64,000 nucleotides of DNA from a virus (Duplodnaviria; Caudoviricetes), in the IMG/VR virus record IMGVR_UViG_3300012983_001373, positions 1-64,000 of that record. The stretch is one strand, 5' to 3'. The translations under genes and the position numbers were made by a program. The stretch's first letter is position 1. Each line of letters begins with the position of its first letter. Shown here one piece after another: positions 51,663-61,927 of the stretch. Below the pieces are notes generated by a model, which was given only the letters and a program-made list of their open reading frames with translations, did not search any database and was not told the DNA's origin.

Positions 51663-51697
51663 CTTTTTTTACTTTCTATTATTTAATTACCAGTTCT

Positions 51698-51729
51698 AAT
51701 AAAAATAGCACCCAGTTATGAGTGCTATT
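51698..51729 (-). terminator. Rho-independent terminator
   Basis: AATAGCAC/GTGCTATT stem with a T-tract on the - strand. Confidence 0.65.
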
Positions 51730-51731
51730 CA

Positions 51732-54700
51732 TTATTGCCCTTCTGGCTCTTCTGGTGTTTCAGGTTCTTCTGGTTCTAATTTTTTAAGTCTTTCGTCTAG
51801 CGAAGCTAAAGTTTTATTTATCTCTGTTATTGCATCACTAAGGGTTTTTAATTCAGTTTGTAAAGCGTCATTTAATTTCTCTTTAGTTACACTTTTGTTT
51901 GCTATTTTAATTGTAGTTACAGCTAAGTCTGCTATCTTACCTGTAGTTACTGCAAGATCAGCAAGCTTTCCTGTACCTACATTTAAATTAGCTATTTTTC
52001 CTGATGTAACATTTAAGTCTGCTATTTTATCTGTAGTCACTGCTCCGTTATTTATTTTAACATTAGTAACTGCATCACTTGCAAGTTTATCAGCAGTTAC
52101 TTCATAGTTTTTAATTTTATCTTTTGTAATAGCATTATTTGCAATTTTAGCTTCGGTTACAGCATTTTTATTTATTTTATCAGTTGTGACTGAACTATTT
52201 ACTAGTTCTGTTGTATTTACTTGTAATCCTGTTATAGAACCAGACTGATTATTTATAGTAAGCTTTTTAACAGAAACATTTCCTGAAGCATCTACAGTAA
52301 ATGAATTATTAATATTTATACCATTTTTATTAATAGCTATTTCATCATTGTCTCCTGCTTTGAAATCTGCTTTTGTTATTGAACCATTAGTAAGTGAATA
52401 ATTGGTACAAGTCATTTTACCTGCAACTGAAACTTTAAAGACATGATTTATATCTATGTCTCCACCTGATATAGTTAAATTATTTGCAGTTGCTACTCCA
52501 TCTATATCAACTTTAAAAGCATTATTATTTATATTTAAACCTTCTCTATTAAAAACAATTCTTTCTTCATTTGTTTTATTTGTCATTTTTATAACTGGAT
52601 TAGTTATAAGTTTTTCATCTAACGCACCTTCATTTATATGATGTCCTTTAATACAATTAGGTAGTAAGCTGTTACCAGATATAGAACCTTGTGTTTGGTC
52701 AAAAACACTACCATTCAAAGTACCTTCTTCTATTTGGGATCCAGTAATCATTAGAGTTTTTGCAACGACGTTCCCTTGTGTATCTACTGAAAATAATCCA
52801 TTGTTAACAAAGATACCATCATCATTTAAAATAAACTTACCATCTGTTGTTTGAATAGTTGCCCCTGTAATAATTTTACCGTTGATAGCATGAGCTTCTA
52901 TTTTATCTGCTGTTATTGCACCGTCAACTATCATTTCTGCAGATGCCTTTTTATTGATTAATACATTTCTAATAAAGAATTGATTATCTGATTCATCATT
53001 TAATAATACAATATCTGTTGCTAAAAATATATCTGTATGAGTTATTGTTTTATTTGCTGATTCATTTTGAATTGTAAATTCTAATTCATATGTTTTAAGA
53101 TTATGGTCCATAGCCCATTGTTCTTCTACTAAATCAATATAAGAATCGTCATCATAATATTGTCTTATATATAAATATAAGAGACGTTCATCATCAAACG
53201 ATGAGCTACCTTCAAAAGATAAACGATAGACTTCACCTTTTTTGAAAGTTGGATTTCCATACATCTCATTCAACATTAACATATTGTCAAATATAAAATA
53301 TTTTTTCTCATTAACCACTATTGTTTTAGCATTATATAAATTCCCTGCTTCAGAGTCTGGATTTATTAGACATAAATTAGAGAAATCTCCAAGCATAAGT
53401 TTATTTGCCAATATAGTGTTAGTTTGAATTAATCCTCCATTTATAGTAGTAGATCCTTCTATTGCTCCGTATGCCCACTCTTTAACTCTATCGTAAGTAT
53501 TGTCTACTATATTTTGAACATCTTCACTTAATTTCTCGTGAGATACTGCTCCCATTGCAAGAGAACCTGCTTCTATAGATTCAGTTTTTATAAACGTACC
53601 ACTTATATATAAATCATTCTTACCTGTTTCAGGATTAACTGTTTCATATATCCCTTTCATCTCTCCGTTGTTAGTAAGTGCTCTTAATACTTCTTCATGA
53701 CTGACAGTTTCTTGATTTTTTAATATATCAGCTATGTCTTCAGGAGATAATTCCCAAGGATAAAATGTATTAGTATTATATAAGCTAAGTTCTGTTATAT
53801 AAAATTCACACATCTGCATAGGCTCTACACCTATATAAAGATTTAACGCTTCTGTATTTGATAATGTATTAAATGAAATTGTTATTTGAACAAATTTTGT
53901 ATCTTTTACAGTGTACTGCCTAGTTTTTATATCTGTTGTTCTACCTAAATTATCAATAGATGATACTTTTACATATACAGCGTCACCAGTATAAGTATTG
54001 TCCATTTTAGAATAGATTTTAAAACTAAAAGTATAAGTATCGTTCTTTTTGATAGGGAACAAAGTTTTTTGAGCCAAACCAGCAGATATTTCAGTATTGG
54101 GTGTGGGTATTCTATTCATTAATCTCATACAACGATAGTTTGCTATCTCTGATACTTCATAAGGATACAAATATGTACTATCGTCTGTTGTATAATGTTT
54201 TGTATTGTAAGTCCAGAAGTTAGAATTTCTAATAAGGTTTCTAACAGCCTGGTCTGATTTACCTACTTCATTCCATTTTTTATTAACAGCATCCCATATC
54301 TTTATAACAGATGGAGTCATGTTTGTATCTATCCATATAGTACCATCTATAGGGTCTGCAGGAGGATATATACTTGAAAACATTTCATTTACATCTATTA
54401 AAAAGATTCTAGCTGTTGCTATACAAGTTCTTTTGTTTTTTATAATATCATAAGCGTCTACTTGTATTAAGCATTTTCCATCTACTTCATTTTTATTTAA
54501 GATGATTTCAGAGGAGCCATTGTAATCGCTCCCCCAACTAGTATCTTCTTCTATGTTATCAGAATCAAAAGAGAAACGGCGCCAAACTATATCTTTATAT
54601 TGTTTAGTTACGTCTTCAAATCCTTTATAAATTCTAAATGTCAATATAGTGTCTATATCATAAGGTTGAAACAATTCGCCGTTTGAGCTTAATAATTCTG

Positions 54701-54779
54701 CTTGATATTTATATGAATCATCCACTGCACTTAAAACAATAGAAGCTGTTGTCAAAATATTTTTTAAATTAAAAGCCAT
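51732..54779 (-). CDS. Tail fibre / host-specificity protein
   Basis: Ig-like N-domain, GTIWIDT repeat, RNLIRNSNF CBM-like domain, INGG.IQTNTI.ANKL and IVDGAITADKI fibre motifs, C-terminal VTxxKIAxxA repeats and coiled coil. Confidence 0.78.
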   Translation of the reverse strand: MAFNLKNILTTASIVLSAVDDSYKYQAELLSSNGELFQPYDIDTILTFRIYKGFEDVTKQYKDIVWRRFSFDSDNIEEDTSWGSDYNGSSEIILNKNEVDGKCLIQVDAYDIIKNKRTCIATARIFLIDVNEMFSSIYPPADPIDGTIWIDTNMTPSVIKIWDAVNKKWNEVGKSDQAVRNLIRNSNFWTYNTKHYTTDDSTYLYPYEVSEIANYRCMRLMNRIPTPNTEISAGLAQKTLFPIKKNDTYTFSFKIYSKMDNTYTGDAVYVKVSSIDNLGRTTDIKTRQYTVKDTKFVQITISFNTLSNTEALNLYIGVEPMQMCEFYITELSLYNTNTFYPWELSPEDIADILKNQETVSHEEVLRALTNNGEMKGIYETVNPETGKNDLYISGTFIKTESIEAGSLAMGAVSHEKLSEDVQNIVDNTYDRVKEWAYGAIEGSTTINGGLIQTNTILANKLMLGDFSNLCLINPDSEAGNLYNAKTIVVNEKKYFIFDNMLMLNEMYGNPTFKKGEVYRLSFEGSSSFDDERLLYLYIRQYYDDDSYIDLVEEQWAMDHNLKTYELEFTIQNESANKTITHTDIFLATDIVLLNDESDNQFFIRNVLINKKASAEMIVDGAITADKIEAHAINGKIITGATIQTTDGKFILNDDGIFVNNGLFSVDTQGNVVAKTLMITGSQIEEGTLNGSVFDQTQGSISGNSLLPNCIKGHHINEGALDEKLITNPVIKMTNKTNEERIVFNREGLNINNNAFKVDIDGVATANNLTISGGDIDINHVFKVSVAGKMTCTNYSLTNGSITKADFKAGDNDEIAINKNGININNSFTVDASGNVSVKKLTINNQSGSITGLQVNTTELVNSSVTTDKINKNAVTEAKIANNAITKDKIKNYEVTADKLASDAVTNVKINNGAVTTDKIADLNVTSGKIANLNVGTGKLADLAVTTGKIADLAVTTIKIANKSVTKEKLNDALQTELKTLSDAITEINKTLASLDERLKKLEPEEPETPEEPEGQ

Positions 54780-54790
54780 ATAATCAACTC

Positions 54791-56323
54791 CTATTCAGGT
54801 GAATTATTATATGAATTAATTTCATGTGCTGTACTAATTAATGCTTCAGCATCATCTTCGCTTATTCCTAATTGTTCATTAAGTATTGCAGCTGCTATTA
54901 AATCTTCTTCTGTAGGATTGTTAATTATTAATGCTTCTCTTGCCATTGCAGCTTGTGCTGCTGCTTTATCTACTACTACACATTGGAATGTGTTTACAGT
55001 ATCCACATCAGTAGCTTTAATTGAAAGAACTCTACTTGTAGGTCTTAATGTAATAGAATCATTGTCATCCATTCTAGCCATTTGTAATTCACCAGCATCG
55101 TCTAACCATAATGTATATACCTCTTCTCCATTATTAGATAATCTAAACCAATAATATTCGAAGTCAGTATCATATCTTTCATCATTATTATCTAATAAAG
55201 AACCTTGGTAATTTATCATACAAGTTAATGTAGTTCCCATAGCATTCATACCTTGATAAATTTTATCTCCATTAGAAGAATGTATAAATGATTGTATAGC
55301 GTCTGAAGTATCGTATACTACTTCTACTGCTGAATATTCTCTGTTTGTAGTAGAATCTTTAAATGTTGCTTTAAGAACGCTAGAACCAGCTATAAGAGCA
55401 GGGTAAAGTCTTAAATAGAAACCGCCTCTTGCACTTTCCGTTTCTTCTGTAACAAAGTTTCCAAACTCGTCTTTGCTTGTATAACGACGGATTTCAAACA
55501 TATCCATATAACTATATTCTTCGTTATTTTGTTTAGTACCATCTAATAATACCCAACTTGCTCCGTCTACTCCTCTTAAATACCATTTAAGATTAGAAGA
55601 AGTGATTCCATTTTCTATTGCTTGTTGTATATCTTCTTCTACACCATCTTTGAAATAAGATGCATATAAGTCTATATATCCAGGAACACCGTTTCTTATA
55701 GTAGTACCATTAACAGAATTGATAATTATTTCATTAGAGCCTTGTCCAGTAGATAAACAATTTAAATCTAGTTCATATATTTGTTTAACATTTTGTCTTG
55801 CAAATGGATCAAAATAATTAAATCTACATATAATAGTTGCAGAACTATCTTTATTTATTATGTTATCTTTTATAACAAGGAATCTTTTATCTTCTGTTTC
55901 ATGTTTATAACTAAATCTAGTATCTATCTCTGGGTCTATTAATGTTTCAATACCATTAATATCTCTTATAAACCAATTTAGATTTTGAGTATTAATATAT
56001 GGAGTATAATTACCATCACTACTAACATCTTCAAGACTTGGATATTCTGTTGCATCGAATAAATCTGGAGCATATTCTTCTGCTGTTCCAGGATTCTTAA
56101 CTATAGTTGAAGCATATAAATATGGTTTTAATATTAAATTATTTTTCTTCCAATCTGGAGAGAATGGAGAACTACTTCCTGTAAGATAAACTTGGTTTTT
56201 ACCACCCTTAACAACAGTTAAACCACCTATTAAATTAGCTACATCTGTTTGGTCTGTGATTGTTATAGATGCAGTAGTTTTAATTTGTTGGTTATTAATG
56301 TTAAAAATATTAGCCAAAAACAA
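54791..56323 (-). CDS. Tail-associated protein with Ig-like repeats
   Basis: ASITITDQTD, QVY...FSPDW...L.LKP.LY N-terminus typical of Firmicute phage tail proteins. Confidence 0.68.
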   Translation of the reverse strand: MFLANIFNINNQQIKTTASITITDQTDVANLIGGLTVVKGGKNQVYLTGSSSPFSPDWKKNNLILKPYLYASTIVKNPGTAEEYAPDLFDATEYPSLEDVSSDGNYTPYINTQNLNWFIRDINGIETLIDPEIDTRFSYKHETEDKRFLVIKDNIINKDSSATIICRFNYFDPFARQNVKQIYELDLNCLSTGQGSNEIIINSVNGTTIRNGVPGYIDLYASYFKDGVEEDIQQAIENGITSSNLKWYLRGVDGASWVLLDGTKQNNEEYSYMDMFEIRRYTSKDEFGNFVTEETESARGGFYLRLYPALIAGSSVLKATFKDSTTNREYSAVEVVYDTSDAIQSFIHSSNGDKIYQGMNAMGTTLTCMINYQGSLLDNNDERYDTDFEYYWFRLSNNGEEVYTLWLDDAGELQMARMDDNDSITLRPTSRVLSIKATDVDTVNTFQCVVVDKAAAQAAMAREALIINNPTEEDLIAAAILNEQLGISEDDAEALISTAHEINSYNNSPE

Positions 56324-56333
56324 TCACTCCTTT

Positions 56334-56855
56334 CTATTTATTTTTTATACTTGCCATATAAGCATTATATGCGTTTCTAACAAATTCATTTTCATCTTCT
56401 CCTGATAAGTAAGCACAATGGAAAGTTGCGCGTCTATTAACGTCTTCATGTGTTATATATAGTGTTTTCATACCATATGAATGACGCAGATTCCATTCTT
56501 TATCTGCTACTGAATCATATGAAGATCTAATCCATTTAAAATGTCTCATATCTATTCTATCTGTCATATCTACATTGTTTATTATAAGTTTCACACTAAG
56601 AACTAATTCAATAGAAGGAGAGATAAAAGTTCCTTTGTCACTATGTATTTCTAATCTATAAGTATTATCGTCCGATTCTATATCTATATCAGGAGAGGCG
56701 TTATCTTCCTCTCCTAAATTGTAACCTGACTCTTTTATCTTCTCTATTATCTCTGCAATAGATAAATCATATCTTTGATAACCATCATTCCATACAGGAT
56801 GAACTACATGCTCATCTTGTTCCCATGGTTTCTTACTCAAAGTCTTCCTCTTCAC
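56334..56855 (-). CDS. Tail-associated protein with one Ig-like domain
   Basis: YRLEIHSDKG.F...FKWIRSS.D...D..WN...L.IT..DV...ATFHC. Confidence 0.62.
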   Translation of the reverse strand: MKRKTLSKKPWEQDEHVVHPVWNDGYQRYDLSIAEIIEKIKESGYNLGEEDNASPDIDIESDDNTYRLEIHSDKGTFISPSIELVLSVKLIINNVDMTDRIDMRHFKWIRSSYDSVADKEWNLRHSYGMKTLYITHEDVNRRATFHCAYLSGEDENEFVRNAYNAYMASIKNK

Positions 56856-57306
56856 TTTCTACTTTATATTCTAAATAGAAATATAGACTTTTTAATTCTG
56901 ATTTAATATTATCAGGTATTGGCCCAATTTCTATATCTATTGTTTTGTAATTAGTGTGATTTGCTTCTTTACCATTGTTTGTAGCACCTGATAGATTTCC
57001 AAAAAATATTGTACCACCATTCATATCTACTTCTAATTCTTGTAATTCAGAACCATCTATAGATACTTTTATTAGATTTAATAAGAAATTATTTTCATAA
57101 GTTTTAAATCCTAATACTAATGTAGCGTCTTTAATATCTTGTATATCTTCTGTTCCTAAATAGTTATTCCAAACTCTTATAGTTTTTTTAAGAGTTCTAC
57201 CAGGAGTTAAACTATCTTCTTCGGTATAGTTTTTAAATGTACTATACTCGAATTCATTTTGAGCTATCTCTTCTAAGACTTGCCACGAAACTCTTGGGTT
57301 CTTCAT
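56833..57306 (-). CDS. Putative virion structural protein
   Basis: 157-aa ORF, IRVWNN motif, AAGGAG RBS. Confidence 0.6.
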   Translation of the reverse strand: MKNPRVSWQVLEEIAQNEFEYSTFKNYTEEDSLTPGRTLKKTIRVWNNYLGTEDIQDIKDATLVLGFKTYENNFLLNLIKVSIDGSELQELEVDMNGGTIFFGNLSGATNNGKEANHTNYKTIDIEIGPIPDNIKSELKSLYFYLEYKVESEEEDFE

Positions 57307-57320
57307 TTAAACTCTCCTTT

Positions 57321-60008
57321 CTAATCTTGTAATGTTCTTCCAGGACCATCATCTAACTTAATTCCAGATATGAAAACTCTACCTGTTATAGCATTAGCTT
57401 TTAAGAATTTAATATAACTTTTATTGTCTTGGAAGACTATTGAATAATCTTCATCTCTAATAAGATTCTTATCTAATTCTATTTCTTGGTCTCCTATTGT
57501 TATATTATATCTTATAAATGCTGTTACATAATCATTTGGATATATATCTTCGTCAAGAGGTTGTGAGTTTATTCCTGGGTCTCTTCTTTCTAAACTATAA
57601 TTAATATGTTTTAATGATTTAATTAAGTTGTTTATTACAGTAGGAGGCATTTCAGATAAAGATAATATTGTATTAGGTACATTATGCTCTGGTTGGTCTT
57701 CTGTATCTTCAGTAGGAAGATTTAACACTCTATTTATATCGTTTATCTTTTCATATAAATCTGTTCTAAGTGCAGAGATTGAATCTTCAAAATTATCTGT
57801 TCTATTAACTAATCTATCCATATAACTATTTATATGGTCATAAGAATATATGTTAGTAGTTATTTTGTAGTTATAGTTTGCAGTACTTTCAAAATTGTTT
57901 ATTTTAAATTTAGTACAAACAGAAGCTTTTTTCTTAAAATAGTATCTTAAATAATCGCCTTCTACTTCTTCTTCTATTGGAAGCGCATAGTCATATGGAA
58001 GTTGCCCTGATTCAACAACTTGCTTTGGTTTGTAATATCCAAACTCTTCAATATAATCAATACCGTTAATAAGTTTTAAACCATTTTTAAATACTTCTAA
58101 TTGGCATTCACCAAATCCATATTTAGCATTTTGTAATGTAAATACTCCATCAACTACTACATCAGGATTTATTATATCTTCATCAACAAATGTAGCTGTT
58201 CTTTCTAATTTTCTATTTATAGGGCCAACACATATTCTACGTTGTACAGTTGCTTCTATAAATAGATTATTAGTTCCATCATAGTCTGTATAAATACTGT
58301 TTTCAGCATCTCTACCAGAGTCTAATGGTTCTAATAAATAGAATCCTATACCACTATTATCAAATGAATCTTCATCTAAATAATTCTTATTGATATAATC
58401 AGAAGTCCATCCAAAATGATTTGCAGCCGCATCTCTTATTTCTTTTGGTAAATCACTGTCTGATCTAAGGTCATGTATTCTTATTTCTTTATATTGGTCT
58501 TCATGTAATGGTATTTGATTGACCATTATAGTAAGCTCTCCTCTATTAGGAGTGAATAACATATTTAAATCTTTTTCTCTTTCAAATAAGAAGTATTGAT
58601 ATTTATTAGGATAGAAAGTATGAGAACCTTCTTCTATCTCTCTACCTTCGTCTAAGCTATTAGCTAGAACAGAATCAAAATATGCACAGTCTGCACCTTG
58701 GTCTGTTTTATATTGGTATTTGCCAGGTATTCCATCATACCATGTACAATATACTTTTGTGTTTTTAGAGTTCACATATGTTTGTTTATTTAATGGAACC
58801 CACATAAACTGTCCATCTTTATATTCTATAGTATAAGTAATAACATCGCCCATCTGTAAAATTATATCTGGATTTTGGTCAGGTCTTTGTAAATCACTCA
58901 TAAATCTTATTATATTTCCTTCTGTTGTATTAGCAGCAGCGTTACCGTCTGGACTTGCTAAAGCATGGCTAAGTTCTTCATAATCTCTATCTTTAACAAG
59001 TTTAACTCCATTAAGATAAACAGATAATTCTCCAGTACCTATGCCAAAATCTGCTTCAGTAGCAAATGTTATATCTCCAGCGAAATCTCTAGGATAAATT
59101 CCGTCGATTTCTATTTTGTTTCTATATACATAACCGTCTGTAGCATGCCAATAATACATTGTATTATCAGTAGGGTTTAACCATATAGTATTCTCTACAG
59201 GAGTTTTAGGCTCTTGCATATGTATTATCTGTAAGTCTTCAAAAGGAGTACCGCACACATACAATGTACCATTTCTATCTGTATATAAGTTTCTTATAGT
59301 TCTTAAATCTGTTTTAATATCCATATAAGCATGTGGAACAGAATCGGCTTCATCTCTGTACTCATGGTCGATTTCTATATATGCTAATAGATATCTTGCG
59401 TCTGTTGGAAGTATTGCAGAAGGAGTAGTAGATGTAGTACCTTGTTTTACTTTTATATTAAAGTTCTTATCTATGTATAGTGTATCTATTCTTTTTGCTG
59501 TATAATAATAAGTTATTTCAACTTCTTTAGTTGTTGAGCCAGATATGGTCAAGACTTTATCACGTACATTTCTTACTCTTATAAAGTCATCAATACTTAA
59601 ACTGTTTCTATATTTAACTTGGATACCAGAGATATCTGGTTCATAACTTAATAATCTTTCAACTGGACATCTTCTACTTAATGCATAAGGAACAAATTTT
59701 ATAACAGCTTGTTTGTTAGCATCAAGTGTTACATATTCTTTACAAGAACTTAATATAGGTAGCTCTATATCAATTTTTTGTTCTTCTATAAAAATTTCGT
59801 CACCTGAATCATCTATTATTGAGCCTTCTGTAACAGTTACACTAAAGTCGGTTTCTGATTGATTAAAAATTATATCTAATCCGTAAGCAATCCCTGTACC
59901 ACCAACTCCTAAGCGTTCGCGACTTATTTGGTCTTCTAGCTTTTCAAAGTTTTCTTGTATTTCCTCTGGTCTAATACCATCAGAAAAATCAATAACGTTT
60001 AGTGCCAC
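57321..60008 (-). CDS. Putative baseplate/tail structural protein
   Basis: 895 aa; GIAYGL...VTEGSIID..GDEI N-terminus, VYLNGVKL..D.DY.E repeats. Confidence 0.62.
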   Translation of the reverse strand: MALNVIDFSDGIRPEEIQENFEKLEDQISRERLGVGGTGIAYGLDIIFNQSETDFSVTVTEGSIIDDSGDEIFIEEQKIDIELPILSSCKEYVTLDANKQAVIKFVPYALSRRCPVERLLSYEPDISGIQVKYRNSLSIDDFIRVRNVRDKVLTISGSTTKEVEITYYYTAKRIDTLYIDKNFNIKVKQGTTSTTPSAILPTDARYLLAYIEIDHEYRDEADSVPHAYMDIKTDLRTIRNLYTDRNGTLYVCGTPFEDLQIIHMQEPKTPVENTIWLNPTDNTMYYWHATDGYVYRNKIEIDGIYPRDFAGDITFATEADFGIGTGELSVYLNGVKLVKDRDYEELSHALASPDGNAAANTTEGNIIRFMSDLQRPDQNPDIILQMGDVITYTIEYKDGQFMWVPLNKQTYVNSKNTKVYCTWYDGIPGKYQYKTDQGADCAYFDSVLANSLDEGREIEEGSHTFYPNKYQYFLFEREKDLNMLFTPNRGELTIMVNQIPLHEDQYKEIRIHDLRSDSDLPKEIRDAAANHFGWTSDYINKNYLDEDSFDNSGIGFYLLEPLDSGRDAENSIYTDYDGTNNLFIEATVQRRICVGPINRKLERTATFVDEDIINPDVVVDGVFTLQNAKYGFGECQLEVFKNGLKLINGIDYIEEFGYYKPKQVVESGQLPYDYALPIEEEVEGDYLRYYFKKKASVCTKFKINNFESTANYNYKITTNIYSYDHINSYMDRLVNRTDNFEDSISALRTDLYEKINDINRVLNLPTEDTEDQPEHNVPNTILSLSEMPPTVINNLIKSLKHINYSLERRDPGINSQPLDEDIYPNDYVTAFIRYNITIGDQEIELDKNLIRDEDYSIVFQDNKSYIKFLKANAITGRVFISGIKLDDGPGRTLQD

Positions 60009-60019
60009 CCTCTCATCTC

Positions 60020-61927
60020 CTATTCTTCTTCGTCTTCAAAGAATATAACTACATAATCTTCTCCGACTTTATATTTATTAACCGCTTCGAGTATTCTATC
60101 CTCATATTCTCTATATTTTGTTGGCATTGTAATCACAAGAGTATTACCTTTACGATAAGGACGACCATTAATATGTCCTATATCTAACATATTAAAATCA
60201 TCTCTAGCGTCTTCTCTAAGACCTCCGCCTAGTTGTCTTATATCTGTTAAATAAGTTTGGTCCATTGATTGACTAACTTTAATTATTGCTAACTTAACTA
60301 TATTTAAATTTTCATAATCATATTCTTCGTCATAACAATAATATATATTGTTTGTAGTTAAGTCAAAGTATAAAGCATATGTTTCATTTATTATTGCATC
60401 TTTTCCATTGACTTCTGTTTTAATATATGGTATTTTTACTGTTAAATCTTTTTGTAAATTGATACCGTACTTAGTACTTTTAAATGGAAACAAGCGAATA
60501 ACTAAATCTTTATCTTGTTCTATTAGATATAACTTATTCGTTATGTCTGATTCAGTCATATAATATATTTGGTCTGCATAATATATCTTTCCATCTTTAT
60601 ATATGGAAATCCAACCAACAGGTTTTTCAGGTTCAATATATTGTGCGTTTTTTAATTTCTCCATATGGAATATTAATCTATCTGATTCAATTCCTTTACA
60701 GGAAATAGTATCTATTATACTTGCCAAATCATTGTTGTCTACAGGTAGTTGTGTATTATTATCATATATATCTATATTATATATTCTATAATCGCCTTCA
60801 TTTAATCTAAGAATCTCTGTTAGTTTTTTAGACGATAAGAATTTGTTTTTAACATGAAGTTGATTATTTATCACTTCATAATTAGGAACATTATATGATA
60901 TCCATTCATTTATCTTTTCTGATTTCTTATATGATATAAGATAAACATACATCATTACTTCATATATTAAATCTTTATATCTAAGAGGGTCTTGAAGAAC
61001 ATCGTTATTAGAAATAATTTCAAAACCTTTTCCTTTGTGTTCTATAATTAAAATAGGACTTAATGCTTCATTAAATAAATGATGAACATTTACTCCATCT
61101 ATTTGAGAAAATTCAGGTCTTAATAAGTTAAAATAGAAATCACTATGAACAGTGCTTTTTGATAATACAATAGGATTTTTAACAGTGAAATCTTTTATTG
61201 TTGAACTGCTATTGAATGTTATATATCCTAAGTTATCATTTGTATATCTATATTTATAATGTGTATCGCAGCCCACCCATACATTCACATTATGTTCTAA
61301 AAGTGTATCTATACCAGCTTCAATTTCTGATTCTTTACTAAGCCAGAATCCATTCCATGTTTCCATAAATACAAAATCTTTTTTATTTAAATCTGAATAA
61401 AAGCAACTTAAATCTTCTTTATTATTATTTATAGAAATATTAGGAGGCATTAATTTACGTCCTGCTGGATTAGAGAATATTTTTGATAATCTTAAGCCTA
61501 AATCTTGAGTATCTTCTTCAGCACAACCAATGTTTATATTGTATTTCTTACTACTACGATATGAATTTCTCATATTCTTTTTAGCTGTTACTACATATGA
61601 GAATTGATTTGGAACAAATGATTGAGGTGGAGTATATAAATATTGTTCACCTATTCTATTAATTAATTTAGATGAATCTTGTGCTTCACCTGCGCTATTG
61701 AATAGTAACATATCCATATCTAACTCCTGCCCAGGTATGACAGGAGTATTATGAAAACTTGAAGAAGATGATGACTTTAAAAAGTCTTTTTCTATAATAG
61801 CTTTTATTTCATATTCGTTATAATCTAAATTTATATAAGATAAAGGTATGTTTAAATTAGTATTTACTTTTGATTCATTAACTAATTTAATATCATGTTT
61901 AGAAGGATAAATTTTAATTTGGGCCAC
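60020..61927 (-). CDS. Putative virion structural protein
   Basis: 635 aa; C-terminal DIRQLGGGL...DIG...G.PY motif. Confidence 0.6.
   Translation of the reverse strand: MAQIKIYPSKHDIKLVNESKVNTNLNIPLSYINLDYNEYEIKAIIEKDFLKSSSSSSFHNTPVIPGQELDMDMLLFNSAGEAQDSSKLINRIGEQYLYTPPQSFVPNQFSYVVTAKKNMRNSYRSSKKYNINIGCAEEDTQDLGLRLSKIFSNPAGRKLMPPNISINNNKEDLSCFYSDLNKKDFVFMETWNGFWLSKESEIEAGIDTLLEHNVNVWVGCDTHYKYRYTNDNLGYITFNSSSTIKDFTVKNPIVLSKSTVHSDFYFNLLRPEFSQIDGVNVHHLFNEALSPILIIEHKGKGFEIISNNDVLQDPLRYKDLIYEVMMYVYLISYKKSEKINEWISYNVPNYEVINNQLHVKNKFLSSKKLTEILRLNEGDYRIYNIDIYDNNTQLPVDNNDLASIIDTISCKGIESDRLIFHMEKLKNAQYIEPEKPVGWISIYKDGKIYYADQIYYMTESDITNKLYLIEQDKDLVIRLFPFKSTKYGINLQKDLTVKIPYIKTEVNGKDAIINETYALYFDLTTNNIYYCYDEEYDYENLNIVKLAIIKVSQSMDQTYLTDIRQLGGGLREDARDDFNMLDIGHINGRPYRKGNTLVITMPTKYREYEDRILEAVNKYKVGEDYVVIFFEDEEE

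Noticed and set aside
45258-54779. Diversity-generating retroelement acting on the fibre genes
   Set aside because: No reverse transcriptase and no template/variable repeat pair with adenine-specific mismatches seen in the window.
422-60791. Many short ORFs antisense to long genes (e.g. 422-646, 1452-1763, 13293-13676, 35647-36003, 39270-39719, 51718-52107)
   Set aside because: Shadow ORFs opposite well-supported genes, lacking RBSs and recognisable motifs.
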